Shown piece by piece: positions 1 through 9,717 of a stretch of 64,000 bases of DNA. The translations under genes were made by a program, and so were the position numbers. Origin of the DNA: an uncultured delta proteobacterium (GTDB lineage Bacteria > Myxococcota > Myxococcia > Myxococcales > Myxococcaceae); NCBI GenBank assembly GCA_963771175.1, contig CAVYSY010000038.1:96001-160000 (forward strand), written 5' to 3'. The notes beneath the pieces are model-generated. The model searched no databases. It was given only the letters and a program-made list of their open reading frames with translations, and was not told the origin of the DNA. Each line of letters begins with the position of its first letter. Position 1 is the first letter of the stretch.

Positions 1-52
1 CACTGCCCGCCAGCAGGGTGCCAGACACGGCGCTCAGGACTCGTCGGTGCAT
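1..52 (-). CDS. 5' end of a secreted protein running off the window (MHRRVLSAVSGTLLAGS...)
   Basis: ATG at 52 on minus strand with GGAGGG RBS upstream; signal-peptide-like sequence; only 17 codons visible. Confidence 0.45.
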   Translation of the reverse strand, partial: MHRRVLSAVSGTLLAGS

Positions 53-353
53 CCGCTCACGCCCTCCGGAGAAATCCAGAATGCCGCAACTCAGGGTTCA
101 AGGGTAGACACCCCCGTTCGTCTGGAGCCCAGCCGAGCGCGCGCCGGGCTGGAGCGTGGAGTCCACGAAGGTGCGCGGATCCACCACCGGACACCACCGG
201 GGACCCGAGGCATTTTCGTGACGCCCCCTCCAGGCGCAGGGGATATATGGGGGGGGGTAACAAGGACGCCGGCGGTGTCCGCCAGGCAACACCCTTTGTT
301 GCCCTTCCGGGGGCCGGCCCCAGCCGACACCCCGCCTCCAAGTTGGTACTGCC

Positions 354-1019
354 ATGAAGACCGAGTACGCGCGCCACGCTTCCGGGCGGATGTTCGAAAA
401 CAACTTCCTCGAAGCCTGCTCGAAGATCCACCCGGCCACTCCGTTCGCCTTCTACATCCCCATCATCACCGGCCTGCTGGCATGGAGCCTATGGAGCGGG
501 ACGACCCGCGTGGGGATGGTCGCCCTGTTCGCCCCCTTGGGGTACCTCACCTGGTGCTTCATGGAGTACACGCTGCACCGCAACCTCTTCCACTGGGAGG
601 GAAACGGGCCGCTCACCCGGCGCTTCCACGCCATCATCCACGGCTACCACCACACGTACCCGGATGATCCGCAGCGGCTGGTGATGCCCCTGGGGGCGAG
701 CATCCCGCTGGCCATCGTCGTCAGCGGACTGCTGTGGCTGGTGGGCCGGCCGGACGCCACGATTCCCTACTTCGTCGGCATCGTCGTCGGCTACCTCGCC
801 TACGACTACCTGCACTGGGCGGTGCACTACAAGAAGCCGTGGACCAACTGGGGCAAGGCGCTGCGTGCGCACCACATGGCGCACCACTTCGCCTGCCCGG
901 ACAAGAATTTCGGCATCAGCCACCGGTGGATCGACCGGATGGTCGGCTCGATGCAGGTGCGCGGGCAGGCGGCCCGCGAGTCGGCGAAGCAGGGCGCCGA
1001 CTCCACCGCGGCGGAGTAG
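354..1019 (+). CDS. Fatty acid hydroxylase / sterol desaturase family protein (FA2H-like)
   Basis: His boxes EYTLHRNLFH, IHGYHH, YDYLHWAVH, HHMAHH; PDDPQRLVMP and NFGIS motifs; TM helices. Confidence 0.9.
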   Translation: MKTEYARHASGRMFENNFLEACSKIHPATPFAFYIPIITGLLAWSLWSGTTRVGMVALFAPLGYLTWCFMEYTLHRNLFHWEGNGPLTRRFHAIIHGYHHTYPDDPQRLVMPLGASIPLAIVVSGLLWLVGRPDATIPYFVGIVVGYLAYDYLHWAVHYKKPWTNWGKALRAHHMAHHFACPDKNFGISHRWIDRMVGSMQVRGQAARESAKQGADSTAAE

Positions 1020-1046
1020 TCCCGCCGCGGTGAACCGGGGCATGGC

Positions 1047-2189
1047 CTACGGGTGCGCGGGAGCCGACGCCGCCCACTGCCAGGCGGTGCCCCGGTGCAG
1101 GGCGGCGTAGATGATGTCCCTCAGCTCGTTGCACTCGGAGTGGGTGAGCGAGCGGTCGAGCGCGCGCAGCACCACGCGCAACAGCACGTTCTTCTGCCCG
1201 GGTGAGATGCCGAGCCGCTTCACGGCGGCGGGAGGCAGCGCCTCACAGGGCGTCTCCGAGAGTACCTCGACGGTCTCCACCATCTCGGCCCGTGAGCCCA
1301 GGGCGGCCCGAACCCCATCTCCGAGCTCCTCGGAGGTGGCGTCGCCCTCGAGCACCAGCGACAAGTCACGACGCACCTCGGGCATGGAGGACACCTCGCG
1401 GTACGGCTCCAGGTCGAGCATCTGCGAGGCGATGCGTGGCTCCTCTGCGCGCAGCAGGCGGATGTCATCGAGGCCCTTGCGCAGCATGAGGATGCGATCC
1501 ATCCCGAGCCCCATGGCGAGCCCCGAGGTGCGCGCCGTGTCCAGCCCGCTGTCGGCGAGCAGCGCCGGGTTGGCCAGGCCGCACTCGCCGATCTCCACCC
1601 ATTCGGCTCCGTGGCGGACGTCGATCTGGAGCCCATCGGTGGTGTACGGGTGCTGGGCGGGAGTGATGCGCGGCTCGCGCCCGGGGAGCAGGGCGCGCAC
1701 CACGGTCTCCACCATGAGGCGCAGCTCCTCGACGCCGAGCGGCGCGCCCGTGCGGATGCGCCAGAGGTCCATCTGGTGGGGCTCGCCGGTGTGCAACCGG
1801 TCGATGCAGTCGCGGCGGTAGACGAGCCCGGGACAGGCGAGCAGCACGTCCTCGGGAGACTGGGGTACGGCGGCGAGCTGGCGCAGCAGCGGCGGAATCA
1901 TCGCCGAGGTCTGGGTGCGCAGCAGCGCGGTGTCACAGACGTAGCGGGTGTAGCGGGCATCGCGAGCGGCGCCCTCGGGCGGGTAGCGCAGCCGGTCGTA
2001 GTTGTCGGCGACGGAGACGATGGGGCTCTGCCGGTGGAGGCGCACGTCGCAGCGCCACGCGAGGCGCAGGGAGGAGAGCACGTCATCGATGAGGCGCTGC
2101 ATGGCATGAGGGCCGGCAGCGGGGTCGGTCAGGTCACGAATGGACAGGGCACGGCGGACAGCATCGGTGCTGAGAATGCAGACGGACAT
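1047..2189 (-). CDS. Single-chain PheRS-like class II ligase (PheS catalytic core + FDX-ACB domain; 'SrmL'-like)
   Basis: LLRTQTS, motif 2 GLVYRRDCIDRLH, EIGECG, motif 3 GLAMGLGMDRILML, DIRLL, C-terminal RDLSL..RSLTHSECN FDX-ACB; start ATG 2189. Confidence 0.8.
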   Translation of the reverse strand: MSVCILSTDAVRRALSIRDLTDPAAGPHAMQRLIDDVLSSLRLAWRCDVRLHRQSPIVSVADNYDRLRYPPEGAARDARYTRYVCDTALLRTQTSAMIPPLLRQLAAVPQSPEDVLLACPGLVYRRDCIDRLHTGEPHQMDLWRIRTGAPLGVEELRLMVETVVRALLPGREPRITPAQHPYTTDGLQIDVRHGAEWVEIGECGLANPALLADSGLDTARTSGLAMGLGMDRILMLRKGLDDIRLLRAEEPRIASQMLDLEPYREVSSMPEVRRDLSLVLEGDATSEELGDGVRAALGSRAEMVETVEVLSETPCEALPPAAVKRLGISPGQKNVLLRVVLRALDRSLTHSECNELRDIIYAALHRGTAWQWAASAPAHP

Positions 2190-2340
2190 GGGAAGTCTCT
2201 CGGACTGGAGTGGAAGGAAACGGCTCCAGGTGACGCCCGGTCCTCGAGGGGAGGAGCTGGCGCCACCACGCACGGCGCCCCCCGAACCCCTGGTCCAGGC
2301 GAGCGTCACGCCGAGAGGCGATCCGCCGAGAGAGAACGGG

Positions 2341-2421
2341 CTAGCGACGCAGCACGGCCTCCCTGAGCCTGGTGGGGCTCGGGGGGCGGCTAAATCGACG
2401 CTGGCACGTGAGGAGAAGCAT
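2341..2421 (-). promoter_or_regulatory. Putative 26-aa leader peptide MLLLTCQRRFSRPPSPTRLREAVLRR upstream of the PheS-like gene
   Basis: Manually read ATG(2421)..TAG(2341); followed by a highly base-paired 150-nt leader. Confidence 0.45.
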
Positions 2422-2472
2422 CGCGGTCAGAAAGGTAAACGCGGTTCGGGCCGAATGCAATCCGGGCCCCGC

Positions 2473-3036
2473 TCAGACCTCGACGAAACGTGTGCCGGTG
2501 ATGCCCTCCTGCTCCATGGCCAGCTTGAGATCCTCGGAGATGATGAGGGCCACGCGCCAACCCCAGGGGCGGAAGATATGCGCGTCCCCCACCTTCGTCG
2601 GGTCGATGCGCAGGCCCGAAACAATCCGGTACTGTCCTACCTTTTCTGGCTCATCATCCTCGGGCGTCCAGAGCACCACCCGTCTGCTCCCGGCCTCGTC
2701 TACGCAACGAGTGATGCGCAGCGCATTGAGGATGAAATAGGGCGCCTCGTGCCCCTCCACCCGAGCAGGAATGAACTGCACATCCTGGACACGTAGCCGC
2801 TCGAAGATCTGAACGACGCGGCCATGGACGACGGGGATGGAGAAGGCGGCCCAGCAGTAGTCCAGCGAGTCTCCGGGAATGTCGAGTGGGAATCGCGGTA
2901 CGCACCCCAGCTCGAGCACCCTCCCATCCTTGAACTGCCAGGGGTCGAGTTCCTGCCCCTGCTCGTCGACAGGAGTTCCCAGATGCCACCGCGTATGGGA
3001 TTGCCTGTCGTCCATCAGCTCGAAATACCGGGTCAT
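2473..3036 (-). CDS. Imm11 (DUF1629-like) immunity protein, copy 1
   Basis: MTRYFELMDD..DPWQF..DVQFIPARVEG..YFILN..IFRPWGW..ITGTRFVEV; directly downstream of AHH toxin; alternative start 3051. Confidence 0.8.
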   Translation of the reverse strand: MTRYFELMDDRQSHTRWHLGTPVDEQGQELDPWQFKDGRVLELGCVPRFPLDIPGDSLDYCWAAFSIPVVHGRVVQIFERLRVQDVQFIPARVEGHEAPYFILNALRITRCVDEAGSRRVVLWTPEDDEPEKVGQYRIVSGLRIDPTKVGDAHIFRPWGWRVALIISEDLKLAMEQEGITGTRFVEV

Positions 3037-3053
3037 GCGCTTCGCTCCCATTG

Positions 3054-4367
3054 TCACCAGGTCTTCGTCGCCCACCGATGGAGCGAGGACCCCGGAGTAC
3101 ATACCTCGTCCGCCAGCTCCTTGAGTGTTCGCACCAGCTTGCTCTTGCATTGTGAAACGGTCTGGCAGCCACGGAGTGCTGCTTCTAGCCTTTGCATGAC
3201 CTCCGTATGGTATTCCACCGGGTGAGGACCCTTGTGGCCCTTGAGGTAGACGAGGTTCTCCGCTGCGTCCAGGCTCATCCCCGCCTTGGCGAAGAGCTTC
3301 TCGAACAGGGGCGTCCACGGCCCACCGGACTGCGTCGAGGTTTCGTTCTTGTTGGTGGCGAGGTGGTGCCAGTGGTGGCCGTCCTTCTTCTCGGAGCCAT
3401 CGGTGCACGCGCTGCCCACCGCGGCAGCCGCCGTGCCCGCCGCCACTCCCGTGACGATGATGGTGCCATCCGCCGCCATCTGCACCGTCGTCGCCCCCGC
3501 CACGGACAGCCCCTCGGCCATGGCGTACCGGGGAGGCCCCAGCAACGCGCCCAGTCCTCCCTCGGGCACCTGGGGCAGCCCCCTGGCGAGCCCCATGCTG
3601 GCCACCACCATCAGCACCCGCAGCCCCGTGCCTCCCATCGCCTTGCCGAAGCGCTCCGCCGCCGCTTCGAGCTCCTGCACCGTCCTGGCCGCCTCCGCTT
3701 CCTCGTACAGCCGCAGGCACGCACGGGCGAAATGGGTGAGCTCCAGCGCCCCCACCACGAAGGCCAGTCGCAGCGTCAATGCCGTCACGAAGGCCTTGCT
3801 GAACAGCGGCTCGGGCACCAGCCACGCCCCGAAGTACACCAATACCGACAGGGCGACACTGGACAGGAAGACGGGCGAGGAGAACAACTCCTGGGCCGCC
3901 TCGCGCACTCCCGCGCCCATGTAGCGGGGAGAGAGCTTCAGGGCCAGGAAGAGGCGGCTCTGCTCCAATGACCGCGGCATGGGTAGCAGCGGCGGGCCAA
4001 ACCGGGACACGTACTCCTCCCGCAGCCGTGATTCCCACTCCGCCGGCTGGCCTTCTCCCGCCCCAGCCGACACCAGGACGAACCGGGGCCGAGACCGGGG
4101 CCTCTCCGTCAGTCGGAAGGACTCATGGAAGGCCGCGAGGACCGTCCGCGCCTCCTGCACCCTCAGTCGCTCCAGGACCGGGTCAGGGGCCACCGGCTCG
4201 AAGTCGAGCCGCAATGCGCCACCAGACAGCTCACTCGCCCTCACCGCGCTCGGCTCCGCCTGCTGTCTCCGCTCGGGAAGCGGCCCCTCCGGCGATGTGG
4301 CGCACGAGAGGGGCAACAGCAGCAACAGGGCCATGGCCATGCGCGGCAAGGCAGAAGCTCTCTTCAT
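3054..4367 (-). CDS. Lipoprotein polymorphic toxin with C-terminal AHH nuclease (SitA5-like), copy 1
   Basis: Lipobox LPLSC; hydrophobic PEPLFSK region; WHHLATNKN..GPWTP..HKGPHP.EYH AHH motifs. Confidence 0.8.
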   Translation of the reverse strand: MKRASALPRMAMALLLLLPLSCATSPEGPLPERRQQAEPSAVRASELSGGALRLDFEPVAPDPVLERLRVQEARTVLAAFHESFRLTERPRSRPRFVLVSAGAGEGQPAEWESRLREEYVSRFGPPLLPMPRSLEQSRLFLALKLSPRYMGAGVREAAQELFSSPVFLSSVALSVLVYFGAWLVPEPLFSKAFVTALTLRLAFVVGALELTHFARACLRLYEEAEAARTVQELEAAAERFGKAMGGTGLRVLMVVASMGLARGLPQVPEGGLGALLGPPRYAMAEGLSVAGATTVQMAADGTIIVTGVAAGTAAAAVGSACTDGSEKKDGHHWHHLATNKNETSTQSGGPWTPLFEKLFAKAGMSLDAAENLVYLKGHKGPHPVEYHTEVMQRLEAALRGCQTVSQCKSKLVRTLKELADEVCTPGSSLHRWATKTW

Positions 4368-4453
4368 GACGCGGCAGCATGCACGGTCCTCGGTTGTCGC
4401 ACCATGCGGCCGAGTCTACGCACCGCCTTGAATTTCAAGGTCATCGCGTTCGC

Positions 4454-5017
4454 TCACACCTCGACGAACCGGGTGCCGGTGATGCCCTCCTGCTCCAGGG
4501 CCTGCTTGAGGTCCTCTGAGATGATGAGGGCCACGCGCCAACCCCAGGGACGGAAGATATGCGCGTCCTCCACCTTCGTCGGGTCGATGCGCATCCTGTG
4601 GACAACCCGGTACTCCCCCAACTTGTCCGGGCGATTGTCCTCGGGCTTCCAGTACCGCACTTCCGCGCACCGGGCGTCATCGATGCATCGGATGATTCGC
4701 AGGGCATTGAGAATGAACCGGGGCTCCTCGTGGCCTTCCACCCTGGCGGGGATGAACTGCACATCCTGGACACGTTGCCTCTCGAAGATCTGCACGATGC
4801 GTCCATGGACCACGGGGATGGAGAAGGCGGCCCAGCAGTAATCCAACGCGTCTCCGGGAGTGTCGAGCGGGAAGCGAGGCACGCACCCCAGCTCGAGCAC
4901 CCTCCCTTTCTTGAACTGCCAGGGGTCGACTTCCTGCCCATGCTCATCGACAGGAGTTCCCAGATGCCACCGTGTGTGGGATTGCCTATCGTCCATCAGC
5001 TCGAAATACCGGGTCAT
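4454..5017 (-). CDS. Imm11 immunity protein, copy 2
   Basis: Paralogue of 2473-3036, same length. Confidence 0.8.
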   Translation of the reverse strand: MTRYFELMDDRQSHTRWHLGTPVDEHGQEVDPWQFKKGRVLELGCVPRFPLDTPGDALDYCWAAFSIPVVHGRIVQIFERQRVQDVQFIPARVEGHEEPRFILNALRIIRCIDDARCAEVRYWKPEDNRPDKLGEYRVVHRMRIDPTKVEDAHIFRPWGWRVALIISEDLKQALEQEGITGTRFVEV

Positions 5018-5037
5018 GCGCTTTGTCCCCAGCTCCT

Positions 5038-6488
5038 CTAGGTCTTCGTCACCAACCGATGGAGTAGGGACCCTGGAGTGCATACGTCATCTGCCAACGT
5101 CCTGAGCTCTTCCACGAACCTGCTCCTACATTGTGAAACGGACCCACAGTCCTCGAGCGCCTCCTCAAGCCTCCGGAAGACCGCCGCATGATACTCCTCG
5201 GGATGGGGCCCCTTGTGGCCCTTGAGGTAGATGAGGTTCTCCGCTGCGTCCAGGCTCATCCCCGCCTTGGCGAAGAGCTTCTCGAGCAGGGGCGTCCACG
5301 GCCCACCGGACTGCGTCGAGGTTTCGTTCTTGTTGGTGGCGAGGTGGTGCCAGTGGTGGCCGTCCTTCTTCTCGGAGCCATCGGCGCACGCGCTACCCAC
5401 CGCGGCAGCCGCCGTGCCCGCCGCCACACCCGTGACGATGATGGTGCCATCCGCCGCCATCTGCACCGTCGTCGCCCCCGCCACGGACACCCCCTCGGCC
5501 ATGGCGTACCGGGGAGGCCCCAGCAACGCGCCCAGTCCTCCCTCGGGCACCTGGGGCAGCCCCCTGGCGAGCCCCATGCTGGCCACCACCATCAGCACCC
5601 GCAGCCCCGTGCCTCCCATCGCCTTGCCGAAGCGCTCCGCCGCCGCTTCGAGCTCCTGCACCGTCCTGGCCGCCTCCGCTTCCTCGTACAGCCGCAGGCA
5701 CGCACGGGCGAAATGGGTGAGCTCCAGCGCCCCCACCACGAAGGCCAGTCGCAGCGTCAATGCCGTCACGAAGGCCTTGCTGAACAGCGGCTCGGGCACC
5801 AGCCACGCCCCGAAGTACACCAAAACCGATAGGGCGACACTGGACAGGAAGACGGGCGAGGAGAACAACTCCTGGGCCGCCTCGCGCACTCCCCGCGCCC
5901 ATGTAGCCTGAGCCAGGAGTGCATAGATCGTCTGCAATCCTCTTGAGCTCATCAACGAGGCTGCTCCGTCATTGTGCCATGGTCTGGCACCGTGACACTG
6001 CAATCTGAGCCAGCGATAGATTTCCGGGGAGAGGACGCTTCAGGGCCAGGAAGAGGCGGTCTCCGCTGCGTCCAGGCTCATGACCGCGGCATGGGTAGCA
6101 GCGGCGTAGGCCAAACCGGGACACGTGAGTTCTCCTCCCGCAGGCGTGATTCCCACTGGCGGCCGGCCTTCTCCCGCCAGCCGATACAAGACGAACCGGG
6201 GCCGAGACCGGGGCCTCTCCGTCAGTCGGAAGGACTCATGGAAGGCCGCGAGGACCGTCCGCGCCTCCTGCACCGTCAGTCGCTCCAGGACCGCCGGTCA
6301 GGGGCCACCGGCGAAGTCGAGCCGCAATGCGCACCAGACACTCACTCGGGCCCTGGCAGCCCCTGGCGCTCGGCTCCGCCTGCTGTCTGCCGCTCGGGAA
6401 GCGGCCCCTCCGGCGATGTGGCGCACGAGAGGGGCAACAGCAGCAACAGGGCCATGGCCATGCGCGGCAAAGCAGAAGCTCTCTTCAT
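5038..6488 (-). pseudogene. AHH lipoprotein toxin copy 2; 5' part disrupted by indels and a ~118-bp insert (possibly assembly artefact)
   Basis: MKRASALPR start at 6488 as in copy 1; intact 3' ORF 5038-5890; garbled 5890-6400. Confidence 0.7.
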
Positions 6489-6538
6489 GACGCGGCAGCA
6501 TGCACGCCCCCGCACTGCCGCGTCATCCGATGCCGCGA

Positions 6539-7177
6539 CTACCGCGTCCCGAAGAGCCGATCTCCCGCGTCACCCAGACCCGGGAGGATGTAGCCGTGCT
6601 CGTCGAGCTTCTCATCCACCGCGGCGGTGAAGACGTGCACGTCCGGGTGGTGCTCGCGCAGGTTCGCCAGACCCTCGGGGCACGCCAGCAGGCAGACGAA
6701 ACGCAGACTGCCCGGCTTGTTGCGCTTGATGCGGTTGAGCGCCGCCACCGCCGAGTTCCCCGTCGCCAGCATCGGGTCGCACACGATGACGTCTCGGTCC
6801 GCGAGCTGGTTCGGAACCTTGTAGTAGTACTCCACCGCGCCCAGCGTCTTCGGGTCCCGGTACAGACCGATGTGGCCCACGCGGGCGCTCGGCACCAGTT
6901 GCAGCATGCCGTCCAGGATGCCCTGGCCCGCGCGCAGGATGGCCACCAGCACCAGCTTCTTTCCATCCAGCACCGGCGCCACCGTCTGCATCATCGGCGT
7001 CTCGATGGTCTCCTCGCGCACCTTCAGGTCCCGCATCGCCTCGTAGGCGAGCAGCAGGGAAATCTCCTGCAGCAGCGCGCGGAAGGAAGCCGTGCTCGTG
7101 TCCTTGCGCCGCATCAGCGTCAACTTGTGCTTCACCAGTGGGTGGTCCACCACCGTGCAGTTTTCCGGGTACGTCAT
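6539..7177 (-). CDS. upp: Uracil phosphoribosyltransferase
   Basis: [38 protein letters not shown]. Confidence 0.97.
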   Translation of the reverse strand: MTYPENCTVVDHPLVKHKLTLMRRKDTSTASFRALLQEISLLLAYEAMRDLKVREETIETPMMQTVAPVLDGKKLVLVAILRAGQGILDGMLQLVPSARVGHIGLYRDPKTLGAVEYYYKVPNQLADRDVIVCDPMLATGNSAVAALNRIKRNKPGSLRFVCLLACPEGLANLREHHPDVHVFTAAVDEKLDEHGYILPGLGDAGDRLFGTR

Positions 7178-7220
7178 GGCTCCCTCCTTCGTCGACTCGA
7201 CTGAATAGAAAAGAAGACCT

Positions 7221-8411
7221 TCAGAACACCGTACCGTCGCTCTCGATGCGGATGGGCGGCGTGCCCCCCTTCCGCTTCTCCGCGGCGATGCGCCTCCCGG
7301 CGCTCCACGTCCCCCCTTGCAGCACCTTCGCCAGCGGCAGCTCCTCCGCCGTCATTCCCAGCCGCTCGCGCACCCGCTTCGCCACCTCGTCCAGCAGCGC
7401 CACCGTCAGCGCCCGCCACTCCACGATGGGCTCCGCTCCCGGCGCGAAGGCGTCCGTGAGCAGCCGCGAGTCCCTCGGAACCAGCAGGCCCAGGTCCACC
7501 AGCAGCCCGCCATTGCGGTACTCGGGCAGCCCCGTCAGCGCGTCCAGGTCCGTCACCTGGATGCCGCCTTCCTCCAGCGGCTCCAGCAGCGAGTACGTCA
7601 GCCACTGCGACAGCTTGTGGAAGGGCACCAGCGACTCCGGGCTGCCCTCGGCCCCCAGCGCCGAGTGCGACCACACGTCGCCCAGGTTCACCCCGTCCAG
7701 CGTGATGCGCCCCGGCCAGATGGAGCCCAGCGACTCCAGCACCCGACCCAGCACCTCCGCCGCGGGCACTCGAGGACCCCGCGCCGCGAGCAGGTCGAAG
7801 AGCGCTCCGGGCCTCGGCAGCGCCTTCCCCAGTCCGCGCAACAGCGCGAGCCGTCCCTCCAGCCCCGCCAGCGGGTTGACCTCCGTCACCTGGAAGCCCC
7901 GCGCCAGTGCATCGAGGCTCAGCCCCTTCAGCCCCTCCGCGTCCGCGCGCAACGGTTGGCGTGGGTCCGAGGAGAACGCGCCCGCGAGGAACATGCGGAA
8001 GCTCGCCACGGCCAGGCCCTCGGAGCGCGCGTAGGTGTCACCACCGGGCTCCACGTACTTCCACGTGGGCCCGCTGCCCGCGTCCAGCAGTACGCTGGTG
8101 ACGACCAGGTCCAGCTTCGCCCGGGCCCGCTCGGCGGGTGGCAGCGAGGCCAGGCGCGCATCCAGCTCCGCGTTGCGCCGCACCCCCCCCACGTCGAAGT
8201 GCCCCCAGCGACTGTGCACGGGAATCGCCAGCGAGGGGTACGCCGCGCGGGTGACGTCCAGCACGTAGTCCGCCACGGCCGGCAGCCGCTCCATGTCCAC
8301 GCGGAAGTGCTTCAGCTTGCCGGCGAGCCCCAGCTCCAGCAGGGCCCGGCAGCGCTCGCGAATGGCTCGCGGGCTCCGCAGGTACGCGACGGTGGCGGAG
8401 GGCTCAGGCAT
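7221..8411 (-). CDS. URC4/Urg3 family protein (DUF1688)
   Basis: [57 protein letters not shown]. Confidence 0.9.
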   Translation of the reverse strand: MPEPSATVAYLRSPRAIRERCRALLELGLAGKLKHFRVDMERLPAVADYVLDVTRAAYPSLAIPVHSRWGHFDVGGVRRNAELDARLASLPPAERARAKLDLVVTSVLLDAGSGPTWKYVEPGGDTYARSEGLAVASFRMFLAGAFSSDPRQPLRADAEGLKGLSLDALARGFQVTEVNPLAGLEGRLALLRGLGKALPRPGALFDLLAARGPRVPAAEVLGRVLESLGSIWPGRITLDGVNLGDVWSHSALGAEGSPESLVPFHKLSQWLTYSLLEPLEEGGIQVTDLDALTGLPEYRNGGLLVDLGLLVPRDSRLLTDAFAPGAEPIVEWRALTVALLDEVAKRVRERLGMTAEELPLAKVLQGGTWSAGRRIAAEKRKGGTPPIRIESDGTVF

Positions 8412-9657
8412 CGAGTGCCCTGCCCTTCACCTGCTCCAGCTCGTCCTTCGAGGCCACCTTGCCGTTGGTGAAGTAGCCGGCGGCCTTCTTCGCCTCCATC
8501 TCCACCTTGGCGTCGGCGGGGATGAGCTCCTCCGGGATCGGCACGCGCTCGAGGATTTCGATGCCCGAGCGGACGATGGCGTCGTGCTTCATGTCGCTCA
8601 TGGACACGAAGCGGTGGATGCGGGTGATGCCCAGCCAGTGCAGCGCGTCCGGCATCAGCTCCTGGAAGCGCATGTCCTGCACGCCCGCGACGCACTCGGT
8701 GCGGTGGAAGTAGGTGGCCGCCGAGTCGCCGCCCTCCTGCCGCTTGCGCGCGTTGTAGACGAGGAACTTCGTCACCTCGCCCAGCGCGCGGCCTTCCTTG
8801 CGCGAGTAGACGATGACGCCCGCTCCGTTCTCCTGCGCCGTCTGGATGCACACCTCGATGCCGTGCGTGAGGTACGGCCGGCACGTGCAGATGTCGCTGC
8901 CGAACACGTCCGAGCCGTTGCACTCGTCGTGCACGCGCACCGCCAGCGGCACGTCGGGGTCGGCGATGGTGTCCATGTCGCCGAAGAAGTAGAGGGTGAG
9001 CCCACCGATGGGCGGCAGGAACACCTCCAGGTCCGAGCGGGTGATGAGCTCGGGAAACATGCCGCCGGTCTGCTCGAAGAGCCCGCGGCGCAGCGCCGCC
9101 TCGGTCAGGCCGAAGCGCTTGGCGATGCCGGGCAGGTACCACACCGGCTCGACCGCGGCCTTCACCACGCTCACGTCGCCGTTGGCGCAGAGAATCTTCC
9201 CGTCCGGCTTGAGGCGGCCAGCGGTGATGGCGTCGCGCAGCTCGGGCATGTTGATGTGCGCGCGGGTGATGGCGATGGTGGGCCGGATGTCCATGCCCTG
9301 CTCCAGCAAGTTCCGGAAGGCCTGCGGGGCCACCGCCCCCCACGGGTCCATCGAGACGATGCGGTCGGGGTCCGCCCACGCCTTGTGGGGTCCAATCTGC
9401 ACGGCCGGCGCGGTGTTGGTGAGGTCCGCCCGGTGGTCCTGCGTGAGCTGCCCGGCGGCCACCGCGACGGCCCGGTAGATGGCATACGAGCCCGAGTGCG
9501 TGCCGATGACGTTGCGGTGCACGGGCTCCGTCAGCGTGGCGATGACGGGTCCCCGGCGCAGCGGCTCGGGCTCTCCCCAACGGATGGGGAGGGTCTGCGA
9601 GTCGCTATCCGGATGAGAGGTGAGACGGATGTGGTTGACGGGCTTCTTGTCGGACAT
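8404..9657 (-). CDS. URC1/Urg1-type GTP cyclohydrolase II family protein
   Basis: RNVIGTHSGSY N-terminal domain; RVHDECNGSDVFGSDICTCRPYL; EGRALGEVTK. Confidence 0.9.
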   Translation of the reverse strand: MSDKKPVNHIRLTSHPDSDSQTLPIRWGEPEPLRRGPVIATLTEPVHRNVIGTHSGSYAIYRAVAVAAGQLTQDHRADLTNTAPAVQIGPHKAWADPDRIVSMDPWGAVAPQAFRNLLEQGMDIRPTIAITRAHINMPELRDAITAGRLKPDGKILCANGDVSVVKAAVEPVWYLPGIAKRFGLTEAALRRGLFEQTGGMFPELITRSDLEVFLPPIGGLTLYFFGDMDTIADPDVPLAVRVHDECNGSDVFGSDICTCRPYLTHGIEVCIQTAQENGAGVIVYSRKEGRALGEVTKFLVYNARKRQEGGDSAATYFHRTECVAGVQDMRFQELMPDALHWLGITRIHRFVSMSDMKHDAIVRSGIEILERVPIPEELIPADAKVEMEAKKAAGYFTNGKVASKDELEQVKGRALDA

Positions 9658-9717
9658 GAGGCGCCCTCCTCGGAGTGCGCGCTGCGGGGGAAGGAAAAAA
9701 GAACGGGAGAGACTCGG

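Larger units (their letters stand above)
2473..6505 (-). repeat. Tandem ~2-kb duplication of toxin-immunity cassette (2473-4385 vs 4454-6505)
   Basis: Near-identical DNA over most of both units, divergent only in toxin C-terminus and part of the immunity gene. Confidence 0.9.

Noticed and set aside
2473..4038. 521-aa ORF suggesting a toxin-immunity fusion
   Set aside because: Out-of-frame extension over the toxin gene; Imm11 starts at 3036/3051
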